Shown here one piece after another: positions 13,476 to 26,004 of a stretch of DNA of 64,000 nucleotides (the first letter of the stretch is position 1; each line of letters opens with the position of its first letter). The notes below the pieces were generated by a model. The model had not been told where the DNA came from, did no database searches, and saw only the letters and a program-made list of their open reading frames with translations. The stretch lies in contig JBNZDD010013730.1 of NCBI GenBank assembly GCA_050575255.1, positions 5,358,345 to 5,422,344 on the forward strand. Reading direction: 5' to 3'. This DNA comes from Harriotta raleighana (lineage: Eukaryota). The translations under genes and the position numbers were made by a program.

Positions 13476-13794
13476 TATTATAAGTGGAGATTTGTCGGGC
13501 AGTCACTTACCTGTACAAGAAAAAAAAACTTTACTTCCCAGTGTATGGTTACCACTATTTGGTCAATGGCTGTACATCCCTTCACACTGGAAAATATTTT
13601 TGTATTGAAACTTAGCAATGCAGGCTTCGGGTTATAAGCACTGCTGCAAAATGCTTGTCACCAAAAAATCCTGATCACAAAATGTGCAGCTGCATCAATA
13701 TACATAGTTTAACCATGAGTCCTACTTCATATTTAGTCATTGAAATCTACCCTGCTTGCACACTCTCCTGATATCTGCTTCCAAATACACTTGC

Positions 13795-13882
13795 ACTACT
13801 ACACTTCATAGTATTATCCCGTGAAGTGCTTTAAGAGGTTTCATCGATGCGATAAGGTGCTATATCAAATGGGAGGATTACT
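13795..13882 (+). mobile_element. SINE 3' tail fragment
   Basis: gtgaagtgctttaagag...gataaggtgctatatcaaatgggaggatta, a degenerate version of the same tail. Confidence 0.65.
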
Positions 13883-14547
13883 ATAAACAATATATACACT
13901 AATCTGTGTCATAATGATACCAGTACAACAATCATACAGAGCTATCACTGTTCTAAATGTATTTAGCGTCAAATCTGTACACTGGTTGAGCTGCAGTGAG
14001 TGATCTGGTAAATCTAATTGTGTGATTCAATTACTTACAAGACTATTTCTGCAAATTTGAAATGTATCCATTGACTAATGCGAATTGTAATAATATAACT
14101 CATAGACATCTGGAAAACTCTGCTCAGTTGTTCACCAGGGACAACTTACTTTACAGCTTTGGCAAACTGATAGCCAATAGCAACTTCATTACTTTATAAA
14201 CACCAGCGGATTGCTTTCTGCATGTTTTGCTTGCTATTTCACTACTACTTGTGATCTATTTATTTTTACAATTAATTTCCTTGGTTACTGTTGCGGTTTT
14301 AGCAAGTCAAAGTTTATTTAGGTTAAAAGAAATAGCCTTTAACATATTTCTGCAGCACTGAATTGAAAGGTTTCTCCTTTGTTGCAATATTGCATTCCAA
14401 CAAAAAATGCTTACATTTTGGTTCAGGCCAAAGCAATACAAAAACAAACAGGTAAAGTATCTGCAAAATGATTTCATTAGAAAATAAGAAATCTTTACTT
14501 GAAACCCTTTAAATAAATAATCCTTGCATTTGAAATAGGTTATTTTA

Positions 14548-14852
14548 GCTGTCCTGCAGCTCTGTAGTTAGAGAACTCGCCTTACAAGTAAGAGACCTGG
14601 GTTTGATTCTAGGCAGCGCAATACCTTGAGCAAATTTCCTTAATCCACACATCTAATAATAATCCCTCAGAAAAATAAACGATAATAAATTGGTCAATTC
14701 AATTTACCACTGTTTGTGGGACAGTGCTGTGCGAATTGGCTACCTCGTTTCACCCATAAATATACAGTTAATTCACTTTACAGTATATTCTGTGAAGTGC
14801 TTTGAGACTTTCTCTAGAAAAGTGCTACATCAAATGCAAGGATTATTATTTT
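14548..14852 (+). mobile_element. tRNA-derived SINE
   Basis: Head gtcctgcagctctgtagttagagaactcgcc...gagacctgggtttgattct (A/B-box-like), shared body and (tta)n tail. Confidence 0.85.
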
Positions 14853-14888
14853 ATAGGGACATCCTCCCGAGGTGAAAGACGCGATATA

Positions 14889-15527
14889 CAGTTAACCCGT
14901 GTCGATTGCTGGGGTTACATTCCTGGAAAACTGCGCACTCAGTAAAATTGCATTGGGTAAGCTTAACAAGTAATGGGAAAAGGGGGGTTAGGGAAATCCA
15001 GTCGCAGGCTACCCACCTCAAGCTGTAGAGAGCAGAGAGCCGCTCGGGGGCAGGGGAGCAGAGAGCTGCATGGGGCAGGGGGCGCAGAGAGCCGAAAGGG
15101 GCGGGGGGCCAGAGAGGCGCTCGGGGGCGGGCTGGGGGCAGAGAGACTCAGGTGGCTGGCTCCGGTTTTGGTTTTGCTTTATTGCTATAAAGCGATAACA
15201 AAGAAGTAAAGCAATAAAAAGAAAGCAATAAAACCACATCTAGGCTAAATTACTGTTAGGAGATTCTCTCTCTCTCTCTATCATCAGGATGCCATTAGGA
15301 TGCTCCGAGGCCGAAGAGTTATGGAAAACTTATCCAAGGATGGCATTGCGCACGGGGTCAGCTTTAGTCTGGAGCTGTCGGCATACTCACACGTGCGCAT
15401 GCGAGCGGGGGCCAGCCAGCGCGTAAACACAAGTTTTATGAGTGCTGCACAAAAAAGTGATGCTTTTGTTTTGTCGCGTATACTTGAATTCGCAATCGAT
15501 AAAGTCGCGTTCTACGAGGGTTAACTG
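14889..15527. mobile_element. Non-autonomous Tc1/mariner (Tigger/pogo-like) MITE, 639 bp
   Basis: Terminal inverted repeats cagttaaccc (14889-14898) and gggttaactg (15518-15527), TA on both sides, subterminal tcgattgc/gcaatcga also inverted; GC/CpG-rich interior; no transposase ORF. Confidence 0.85.
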
Positions 15528-15549
15528 TAAAAGTAATTTTGTTGCTGTT

Positions 15550-15900
15550 TTATGTCGGGAGTCTCAAAGTGCTTCACAGGATTCACTGGAAAATGTAGCA
15601 ACTATAATTTTTGTTCGGCAAATGTGGCTGCTAATTTGTTCCCAGCAATGCCCTATAAATAGTCGTGAAGTGAATAGTCAATTTTGTTTGGGTGGGACAA
15701 GCCACCTTCTCTTTCAGAATTTTATCACCTGTGTCCAATGTTCAGTGAATAAGCAAATAGTACCGCAGTTCAACATCTCACCAGAAGGATGTACAGCGTC
15801 CCTAGCACTCCATTGTAATGTCACCCTGTATAGTGTGAATTCATCATCCCAATATAGGGCTTGAACTCGCAGCCTTCTGAGTCGGACGCGAGTATTTCCA
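15550..15900 (-). mobile_element. Degenerate Deu-type SINE
   Basis: Reverse-complement tail (gtctcaaagtgcttcacag) through gttcaacatctcaccagaagga to a tRNA-like head (gggcttgaactcgcagccttctgagtc); resembles the 55.5 kb copy. Confidence 0.6.
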
Positions 15901-17889
15901 TTCAGTCCATTTTCTTAACAGTAATAAAAGGTGACAACTGATAAGCGACAACCACACTTTAAAAGTGCCAGGCAAAAACTTTACCAAGGTCAAACCCTCA
16001 GAGACAACTAACGTAACAACAGCTTTGCTTCCTTCTGTATCCTACACCACTAAATATATTGCTGATTTCATTACTGTGACCAGCCCCAATTACACCAGCG
16101 TTTTATCATACGCTGCCATTCCCTTGAGAGCCATGAGAAAGACTTTGCCAATTGTTTATTAAACTGTTTAAAGGCATACTTAAGGCATGACTTTCTGAGA
16201 CATTGCTTGCCATATTAAAATGGCTTGTCTCGTACAAATTATTCTTCTTCCCTGCAAACAAAAACGTTTATAAAATAAAAAGATCTGATTGTGGGAGACA
16301 TTTTAGAGATTTATTCTGACATTTTCTCTGCATTCACTGTGGGGTTTGATTGGATAATGCTAATGCAGAAGAACATAATATACAACTCTTTCCATTTACC
16401 TTGGCATTTCCATATAAATTTAAACTTTCACCAACCTGCCCTATTCAGATGATTCATCAATACGACAATTGTCCTGGCTGCATCAATTTAGACATCGTAA
16501 ATCAGCACTGAAGGAATACTTTCAGGCAGTCCCATGGCAACCGCTTGCATTCCCTTATAACTTAAATAAATTTCAGTGTGGCTTAATGTTGTTGTTTAGT
16601 CGCAAATTGGCACAATTATTGCAAGTTGCCAAACGTTCAGTATACAATGATGTTAAAGCAGTTTGAAAAAACAGGTATCTCTGGATCTGTTGTCTCCTGA
16701 AGGAGGTGGTTTCAGGTGTAGCTCAAGCGTGCTCCAGGATTCTACCCATGTGAAGGGTTTTATATAAATGCAAGGTTGTTGCAGACAATTTTACACCTCT
16801 TAAGGTCAAACTGCAACACAATCTCTTGACCCACTGCCTTCGACCAACAGTGGCGAGAGAATCCCTTTGTTAATTCTCTTTCATTACCAATATTTGAAAA
16901 TCTTTTGAAAGTTCAGAGCAAGTCAAAATGTACAATGCAGTTAACCGTGCAGAATCAGACAAGATTAAGCAAACTTTGGGTTAAACCAAGTTAAAAGCAA
17001 TCGTAAAAAAACAGCAGCATATAGTTTCTTTTACTCCAGTCCAGAGGTTACATATAATCCATTGCATCGCAAAAGGGTTGTGCTCTGAACAATGCCAGTG
17101 CTTGGAATTCACTATAAAGAGAAAAAGCATGTTGGAATTCAAAAATGTTTTTTGAAGGTGCTTTTGGAGTCTGAAAGCAGTGTTTCCTGTGCAATGTCCT
17201 GTTTAGTGAGACACTGGGAAAATAAAAAAATGGTTTGCTAGCCTGAGAACTGTCTGACGTAATGGTACAATGGATACACATTGTGTAAATAATGCTGATT
17301 GATGCCAAAAACCCAATGGCGGTGTGGGTTGCCCTGGAGCCCGGCTGCTGAGACAACCCTTAGGAAGTGGTTCTGCCAGGAAAGCGATTTCCGCCTCTGA
17401 GGACAATTGCAGGTGATGTGAATCGATTTGGCTGCTGCTCAAAAACGATCGCTTTAGAAATTCTCTTTACTGCCTGCAACTGGCTCTTCCACCGAAAAAC
17501 ACAACCTATTTTTCTCATCTTTTGAGCCCGGCCGAGAGCGAGTTGAGTCAGATCTATAAATGTGTTGTTCCGTTCCTAAGCGCCTTCCTGAGAATGATAA
17601 AAAATTGTTGCCAATTGTATAATTTAGACATTAGTTGAGGAAATAATAATCCTTGTATTTGTATTTAAATGGAGATCCAATAGTTTGAGCTTTCTATTCG
17701 TGGCACTGAAAGCGGGTGTGGTGCAATCTGCGAGTCTTTTAATGTTCAAAGAAAACAAATAGTTTTATTTGTCAGCAAATTTGGAATTGTGTTATCATCA
17801 GGAAGCTTGTAGGAAATGGCCACACATAATGAATGACCCATGGATCAAAAATGAGAAGTGGCTCCCAGAGAACTCACAGAAAAATAAAA

Positions 17890-18150
17890 ATAATCCTTGC
17901 CATTGATTTAGTGCTTTATCATTTGGAAATATCTAACAACTCTTGATAGTTTACTGTTGTGTGGTGTCTGTGAATTTGTATGCAAATGAGGTGGCCAGTT
18001 GTGCACACTGTAATGTCCCACAAATAACAATGAGGTGAATGATCGATTTCTGTCTGGGGTCTTGTTGTTTGGACACCAGGAGAAACTTCCTTCTGTTCTA
18101 ATATTACCATGGGATCTTGACGGACCATGAGAATAGAAGTTCAACTTAAT
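17890..18150 (-). mobile_element. Deu-domain SINE fragment
   Basis: ggacaccaggagaaact...ccatgggatctt is the reverse complement of the Deu core; taatccttgc tail at the left end. Confidence 0.65.
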
Positions 18151-18194
18151 AAATTGAAAGGTTAATGTGGGCTCAAATACACTGTGGGCTCAAA

Positions 18195-18336
18195 TTCCCA
18201 GCCTACCTCTTTGGCTGCCTATGGTCACCTCCATCTCTCCTTCTTTCATTGCTCGGCACCCAAATCCGCCATTGTGCAACTCCCTGAAATGCTATCCTCC
18301 ACGAAGTGTGCTTATATAAATGTAAGTTGTTGTTGT
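18195..18336 (+). mobile_element. L2 3' tail remnant
   Basis: Pyrimidine-rich UTR ending in ttatataaatgtaagttgttgttg. Confidence 0.55.
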
Positions 18337-20761
18337 AATTACAATTAGAGTAAGCGTATTGACTTTGATCTGATCAGGGAGCGCATCAACAACTAACATC
18401 ACAACAGTTAACTGTGCATGCAATTGTCTAACAGCACGTAGCCATTATTAAACACATGGCATCAGTGATTAAATGATGGAAACAGATGGAATAATGTAAC
18501 ATTTGTCATGTAACATCAACCTAATGGACCCCATTGTAAATCAATTTTCCCAAATGTGCTAAACAGAGATCTCTGTTACAGTATATTCAAATTGTTCTTG
18601 GATTACCCTGAACTTCCTAAATAAATAAAAACTTTGGTCATGGTGGTATAATATCATAAATATTATGTGTGACCGGAATATAGAGCCCAATAATTGCTTT
18701 CGGTTTATTCGCCTTTTTCAGTTTGCAGGCGAGCCTCCAATTGAAAAAGTAAAGCATATTTCAGTATTTAAAAATTGGAAAGAATAAATGTAATGCAGGT
18801 CCAAGCTGAACAAAGCTTGGTTTTGGCTTGGCTGCACTAACCCATCTAAATCTGGATTAGTGTGGATTTCAAGACTAGGTTTGTGCTGTTTGCTAATTCT
18901 ACTCAAAGCGGCTCGGGCCTTGCTTTCAAAACACAAGTTGATAAAATCTTTCCTCTGCGCATGAGATGGAAAATTTTCCCAGGCATTAAAAAATTATTGA
19001 AAACCTTTTCCTCTTATAGAATCAGTTTGACAGGAAATCTTTGAAGGATGGCTGGAATGAAGTGCCCAGAGATTTTGTCTGTCTGTTCTCACTTGTGGAA
19101 ATGTTGAATGTAGCCTTCCTATTAGGCAAAATATATCAAGTACGAATTCCCTTAACAATCAAGTGTGGGGCAGACTGTAGTTGACAGCTTGCCATGGACA
19201 ATATTCACGCACCTGTCAAACAGGGTCTGTGATTGAGAATCTTGTTACTATACATTATTACAATCCACGTAGAAAGTTTTTTTTGACAGCAGTTGGAGAA
19301 GAATTGTCAGAGTTTGCAAGTTGTTTGGCACAGTGAAGGTCTGGTTCTTTCTACGCACTAATCAAAATAAAATATATTATCTCGTACACAGACACTAATT
19401 CAGAGTATTTTTCATACTTTTTACAGAACTGGCGTTAACTGGTGCATGTAAAGATTCATTCTGTCAATCTATTTAACAGGTTGCAATCTAGCAATTATCG
19501 CACACAGTATAATAACTTGCAATAAGCTCACATTTCTGACAGATGTCCCATCTGACTTTTAAATAATACTTCTTCATGAATCTGCATCACAGACTTTCAA
19601 TAATCTTGTATATGGGTAAACAGTTTCACATTCCATAAGATTACTTATCATAAGATCCAAGAAGATTTACCGCAGTAGTTCATCAATCTGAAAAGATAAT
19701 CATTTATTTCAGAGTTCCGATGCTTTCTGCTTAATTAAACAAATAATTCAACTACGGATCCGATGAGCCCATGACAAGATTGTCGTATATTATGTATTGC
19801 TGTTGCTCACTGACACTTTTCTGCACTGATACTAAGATGAAGACAATCATTAGTAGAGAGCTCAGTGCATAGGCAACTAGATGCATTGTGAAACACCCCC
19901 ACTATTCCTCATAAGAGCTGTTGCCAATTAATAGCAGTCACAAATATGAATCCAAATAACCATTTGTTCAATCTGGTCCAGTTTTCTTCAGAAGAATAAC
20001 CTTTTCATCAACTTTCCAAGGTGATTTTACACCATAATTCATTGAACAATCCACTTTCGATGTAGCAAACAAAAACTATTATGAGTGCAAATTGTGAGTT
20101 TTGGAGCGTTTGGGTCAATTATTTCAGGAAAGCAGAACAGACATTTTTGTGTCCATCGACTAATGTACTGTACATGTACCTGAAGCACAATTTTCAAACA
20201 CTTTTGGATAAGCACTGTGTAGATGATTCTGCTTGATTTATAACATTACAAATGGTACCTCAAAAATAACAATTAACTACCTTCGACTTTCCCAATATTC
20301 TTTATTCATGTATGATGAAGATAATTTTGCAGGATACTTCCGTTCAGCTTGAAAGCTCATTTACAATGTGTTTCTGTCTTTAATCAGAACAGGGTCAGGA
20401 CCCAAAGGCTGTGACTGTCTGAGAAATTATTTCTACAGCTTTTCATGAGTGACACACCTGCTTTCAGACACACTGGGGTGGTGGCCAAGGATCAAAGAGC
20501 TTTTTCAGTTTATGGACAGCATATTCTATATGCACTTGGAAGTGGTGACAACATTAAAGACCTTCATTATTCTATAAGACATCTAAAGACTGCACGGGTC
20601 ACATCACCACCATGATAAAAGGAACATTTTCAAAGTACTGTACATATTCCTGCAGTTTACAACCTTCAGCATAATATGGTATGTATAGAGTGGCCATATT
20701 CAGACTTGGCCGATTTAACAAATAAAATCCACTGAATTGAATGGCTTTTATTGGTGTAATG

Positions 20762-20824
20762 ATTGGGATGTCCTCCCAACGTGAAAGGCGCTCTATAAAT
20801 GTAATGTTGTTGTATTTGTTGTTG
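20762..20824 (+). mobile_element. L2 3' tail only
   Basis: ttgggatgtcctcccaacgtgaaaggcgctctataaatgtaatgttgttg. Confidence 0.75.
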
Positions 20825-20856
20825 CGATGGAGATGACACGCTATGTCTTGAATCAC

Positions 20857-21141
20857 GTTTTGAAGGAGAATTCATGCTTCTGTGTAAAATGTTAAGTCCA
20901 GTAGTCGACTTAAACGCTGCAATTTCACAGTAAAGAATCACATACAGATGGGCAAAAAGAAATGGTCTCACACAGTCTACGACTGGATGTGTTGTGTGNG
21001 TTTTGAAGGAGAATTCATGCTTCTGTGTAAAATGTTAAGTCCAGTAGTCGACTTAAACGCTGTAATTTCACAGTAAAGAATCACATACAGATGGGCAAAA
21101 AGAAATGGTCTCACACAGTCTACGACTGGATGTGTTGTGTG
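20857..21141. repeat. 142-bp direct duplication around N at 20999 (probable assembly overlap)
   Basis: 20857-20998 repeats at 21000-21141 with one visible change (gctgcaatt/gctgtaatt). Confidence 0.9.
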
Positions 21142-21589
21142 TTTTTTTCCCCACGATGAAATAACAAGAGCAACAATCCACATTAATGAACGATATTTGG
21201 AAAAAAATGTTGACAATCCATTAGGCCTCTCCCTGGCTGATTGTTCAATGCAGAAATGTTTCTGTACTAATTGAGAAGAACTTTGTCTTTCTCCAATTGT
21301 TTTATTCCCATCTCTTTCCTTTCTGACAAGCATTTGGGTCATGACTGCTAACAACTTGAAATTCTATTCTTAAGCCAATTTGTTTTTCTGTGGCCATGTT
21401 TACTCAAGTGATATAGAATACACGATGCACCCTCATGTCCACCCATTCTAGTTACTATCCTTCATCTCAGTCAAACATCTCAAAATATACAACTTGCTGG
21501 TGTTCCAAGTGTATTAATTTTGTTCAGATAAATACATACATACGGTATCTACATCAAACTAATCTGGGGAAGGAGAAGGGGTGGCTCCC

Positions 21590-22040
21590 TATACAACTTG
21601 TTGACCATCCAGAACTCTTCAGGTCGTATCGTCTCCCTCAGCAGGCTGCCTGAGTCCATTACTCTATCTTCACTCCTCCATTCACTCCACCACCCCAGTG
21701 TGTCAAATTCAAGAACTTCATTCTCATGCACAAATCCCTCCAAGGCCTTGTCCTATCTGACATCTGTTCTTCTGCAATTCTTAACACCCTGGTTGCTCCT
21801 TCCGTTCAACTGACACAGCCTGGTTCATATGCCACCTAACCCACTCCCACAGTCGGTGAATGAGCTTTGAGGCATTCTGCCTCCACTCTCTGGAGATCTA
21901 TCCTAGGGTCCCTCCAACATGACTCACCACCCTCACCTTTAAAGCCTGTACCAATTGCTTGCTTGCACTTTTGGTGCTTGAGTGTAAAGCACTTTGAGAC
22001 ATCCTGTTGACGTGACAGACATAACATGAATGTAAATTGT
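21590..22040 (+). mobile_element. Old L2 ORF2 C-terminus and tail
   Basis: LLTIQNSSGRIVSLSRLPESIT resembles L2 LQLIQNSAARIL...DHITP; ends in tgtaaagcactttgagacatcctgttgacgtga. Confidence 0.7.
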
Positions 22041-22109
22041 AGTTATATTTTCTGCTTCCTTATCACCCTCATCACCTCCAAGCCTAAGTGACCCTATTAT
22101 GTCATTGCA

Positions 22110-22500
22110 ACCACAAATGCACTGCAGGTTTAATCTATCCAGGGCATTATACAGCTTGAGCGTGATTTCTTGGATTGAATTCAATTGATTTAGACATGTA
22201 GCCCAGTATCCTGTTCACTGTATTTATTGCTGCCTTACATTGTTCAAACATGGTGAGTGACGAGACAGCTAACACCCCTATGGCTCATTTAATTTCCCCT
22301 TGGCAAGTTGTATTACATTCATGTATTACATGCACCTTCTATTTTTACTTGCAATATGCGGCATTGTGTGTTTATCTGTCTTAAATTTCATTTGGCATTG
22401 ATCAGCCCAGGAGCATGCTCTGTTGGGTTCTCTTTGTGTGATCTTCCCTCTATCCCTGTCTTCCCTAACTTTACGACTTTACATCACCAGCATATTTAGC
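22110..22500 (-). mobile_element. CR1 LINE RT remnant
   Basis: Minus-strand ITLKLYNALDRLNLQC resembles CR1 LKLYKALVRPHLEYC; KYAGDV near 22.49 kb corresponds to a decayed KFADD. Confidence 0.65.
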
Positions 22501-22772
22501 TCCAACAACACCCTCCATTTATATAGCGCTCTCCAGGTGAGGTAGCGAACCAGAGTGCTTCACATTGGCGGAGTCTGACAACTCCTTCACATTGACTCTG
22601 TGAACCCAATTTTTAAAGCTCATTTTGGGCCGTGGGTCCGAGTGGCAGGATCAGTATTTATTGCTCAATCCTGGTTGTCCTGGTGGCCCCTTTGCTTTAA
22701 ATGACTGCAATACCTTGCGGGAACAGGATTGGGTCATTTTGTATACATTATTACCTATAGTTTCGTCAGTGA

Positions 22773-22848
22773 GAACAACAACAACAACAACAAGATTGCA
22801 TTTATAGAGCGCGTTTCATGTCGGGAGGACATCCCAAGGTGCTGAAAG
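22773..22848 (-). mobile_element. L2 3' tail with (caa)n
   Basis: (aac)n gattgcatttatagagcgcgtttcatgtcgggaggacatcccaagg; another short copy at ~22503-22562. Confidence 0.75.
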
Positions 22849-23019
22849 GGGTAAGGAAGAGGCATATTGGTGTCAATTGGTCCAGTTTGTGTGATTTTTG
22901 TGAAGGGGACTGGTGAATGCCCGTCACATATAGGCCACAGCTTCATTTTCCCGAAAACTAGGATTTTGGGGACATCTGAAGCTTGATTTGATGCAAATGT
23001 TCCCTCAAATCTATCAGAG

Positions 23020-23188
23020 CAGTGACTTCCAAACTTTAAATAGTGGCACCCCACCCAACTCAGCAATGTTTTCTTTGTCGCCCACCTCCCTAGGGGTGGA
23101 GCCAACTGACTGACACGAGGATGCGCTGCCATTTTGGGCTTTGATTTCCTCCCCAAGGGGAGTGCTACCCACAGTTTGGAAATCCCTG
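23020..23188. mobile_element. hAT (Charlie/MER5-like) MITE, 169 bp
   Basis: 16-bp TIRs cagtgacttccaaact / agtttggaaatccctg (14 of 16 match); 8-bp target duplication is degenerate (tatcagag vs tgttaaga). Confidence 0.65.
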
Positions 23189-24279
23189 TGTTAAGAGCTA
23201 TTTAGCCCCTTTGTTGAGCTCACTTTTACCGTGACAACTTCATTGTGGAATTCTACCAGTTTTGCAGCTGACTTCATCAATTTGGAGCAAGTTTTTTTAA
23301 ATTAAATCAATTAACATCATAATTACAAAGCAGCGCTTCAGGACTTCCTTCAGAAAACCACAGTAATGTCTTCTACGTTGGAAGGTACAGCTGTTCCACA
23401 ATCTGACTTCTCAGTGCTGTGCTTTCCTTTCTAGGAGCTTTTAATTATTCATACCCGATTACATTTTTTTTTAAAACACACCTTTTATCCGCATCATAAG
23501 TTTAATTGAGGTTAGGAGAAAGGCTTCAGCTATTTAAGGGGCAAATTATGCACTGGTTGCTCCCTCTACTAATATACAACCAGTACCTAACCTCACAATG
23601 AGAATGCCAGTGCACTTGACAATTGAAAAGGTCACTGGATATTTCATTGTGTTATATGAGTGCCCGCCCATATGGACCACTGTAGTGCACTGAAGAGTGT
23701 GGTGTTCAGATGTTGCTCACAATGCAAATTAAATACGACTAAGCCTTTTCAGCTCAACTGTGCTTGTGTAGATATGTTTACAATGATCATGGCCCCAAAA
23801 GCAGATTTTGAAATTTAAAATATCCTCATTAATTGTTCCCTTTAGCACTATACATTAGCCGAATATCAGAAAAATATGCAAGAGTGAGTTTAAGAGTGTT
23901 CTTAGGTAGGATTCAGGCATAATAAAGCATACCAATAAATGTGACGCAAGCTTGCGAAAGCCTCCAACTTACTTCCCGTTATCCGTTATATATTCTGCTT
24001 CCTGTGTACAAAGTGTTAAGTTCAAACTTTTTTTTTTGCACGTCCTCCATTTGAAGGCTTTTTTGTTCAAGCACCGATTTCAATGCTGAATGAAAGCATG
24101 CAAAGATACAGTGAATTAAATCCTTCGTGACATTATGAGCACACATTATTCAAAACCAATTAGCCATAGATTCCAGGGAAATTCAATGGTCAATGTGTTT
24201 AAGGGATTGTGTTCAAACATGTGAAAACTTAAGTTAGCTTTCCTGCGGATCCATTATGATGCTACTACATTCTATGAGG

Positions 24280-24335
24280 TGTTGTGTGTGTGTATGTGTG
24301 TATGTATATATGTGTGTGGGGGTGGTGGAGGGGGG
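24280..24335. repeat. (TG/TA)n microsatellite with G-rich tract
   Basis: tgtgtgtgtgtatgtgtgtatgtatatatgtgtgtggggg. Confidence 0.8.
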
Positions 24336-25703
24336 CAAAACATTTTTGGCAGCAAGTGCTTACAGCTATTCAAAGCTGTGCTTTGAGTATCTGTATTCAC
24401 ATATTTGGTCACGTGGAGGTAGACATTAGATTCACTACAGTTTGAATGTATCAAGGATAGCAGGCAAAGAGTTTTGCAGACAGATATGCAACATTTCCAA
24501 AGCTGCTTAATTGACTGCGACCTGTCTGCAGAAATCCAGCCCATAAAGAAGGTTTCTATGATCAATGGGGGTGCAGTACTAGAGGGAGGTGAATACATCA
24601 ATATAGCCAGTATGATGGTGGGATTCTGATCTGTTCTCATTGCTGAATTGTTTTTGTGCAATTTATGTGTTGAAATGGCTTTTGTACCGCATTGTGATTT
24701 TATTGACAGAAGGCCTGGAATAAACTCTGCTCTGGTTATGAAGTTAGGGATGTTTTTCTATCTACTGTTCTGTTCCTGAAGGATTAATAGACCTGAAGGA
24801 TTAAGAGACCTGTAGGAAGTCATCTGTGCTGCTTTCAGCTAGTTAGAGAACTGGCTAGCTCTGCAAAATATGGTATAATCTGACTTGGAACCACTCAGCC
24901 CGGTAAGGGCTCCTTTCTCAGTGTCTCGCCTAGATGTGACTACGATGGCGTCACATCTAAACTAAGCATCATTGGAAGTGACAACACCAGTCATTCTGCT
25001 CTTCAGTGAGACTGCAAATATCCTTATTGCCCCCTGAGGCTGAGGTAACAGTCAATGACACTGCCCTGTGTATTATGCTTTGCTCACATTCTTTCAATGT
25101 GGAATTTAACGCGTATGCAATTTCCTCCAGCAACCTTATAACTGGTAACACAAGAGCCATAAGCAGGACCAATTAAGCACACATAAAGGAGTGAACAAAT
25201 CTCAAAGGGAAGACATTGTAAATCCAATAAATAGGGTTCAGCACACACATTAAATCACATATCAGAGTCAATTACAATCAGTTTTATTTAGAATCAGGAG
25301 CATTTATTGCATACCTTGGTTACATAAATTTAGAAAATTCCAGTGCAGTTTGCTTAAAGATATATTGTTTTCACTGAAGGATTAAATTTGAATTGGTCTC
25401 ACAGTGACAACATTTTCTATTTTGAATATGTTCGTTAGTTTTGAATTTCACACAACCCTGCAATATTTCACCAAGAACAGAAAGATATTCAGATAAAAGG
25501 GATTAGGATTTCTCTGCTCAATTTTAATGTTTGAAAATTTCTGTGTGAGATGTACCTTGCTTTTCTTTTTTTTTGTTCTATCGAGGTCTTTCTTCAGAGT
25601 GCTAAATATCTAGGTTTTTTTTTGTGGGTTTATAAAGTGTACACCACAAAGCAGAAAGCCATACTGACCTTGCAGGTTTCACAGTGAGGTATATCTTCTG
25701 GTT

Positions 25704-26004
25704 TAATAATAATTCCTTGTATTTGACATGGCATTTTTCACGCTTTCTACATGTCTCAAAGCACTTCACAGAATATTCTGCAAACTGAATTGACTGTATT
25801 TTTGTGGGCGAAACGCGGCAGCTGATCGCACACAGCTGTCTCCCACAAACAGTTGTGGATTGAAAGGACAAATATTTTTTTTTGAGGGATTATTATCAGA
25901 TATTGTGAATAAGAAAACTTGCCTAAGGTTTTGCTCTGCCTGGAATTGAACCCAGGTTTCTCGCTTACAATGCGAGTGCTCTAACCACTGAGGTACTGGA
26001 CTCC
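25704..26004 (-). mobile_element. tRNA-derived SINE
   Basis: Minus head ggagtccagtacctcagtggttagagcactcgc...cctgggttcaattcc with clear A and B boxes; shared tail at the left end. Confidence 0.9.

Noticed and set aside
14973-15524. CpG island promoter or transposase ORFs
   Set aside because: The CpG-rich patch lies wholly between the MITE TIRs and the ORFs lack DDE or HTH motifs.
23973-24001. Possible 29-nt minus-strand microexon with gtaagt donor
   Set aside because: Weak polypyrimidine tract, not frame-preserving, and such donors are expected by chance.
25935-26004. tRNA gene
   Set aside because: The tRNA-like sequence continues into the SINE body seen in five copies; it is a SINE head without an intact cloverleaf.
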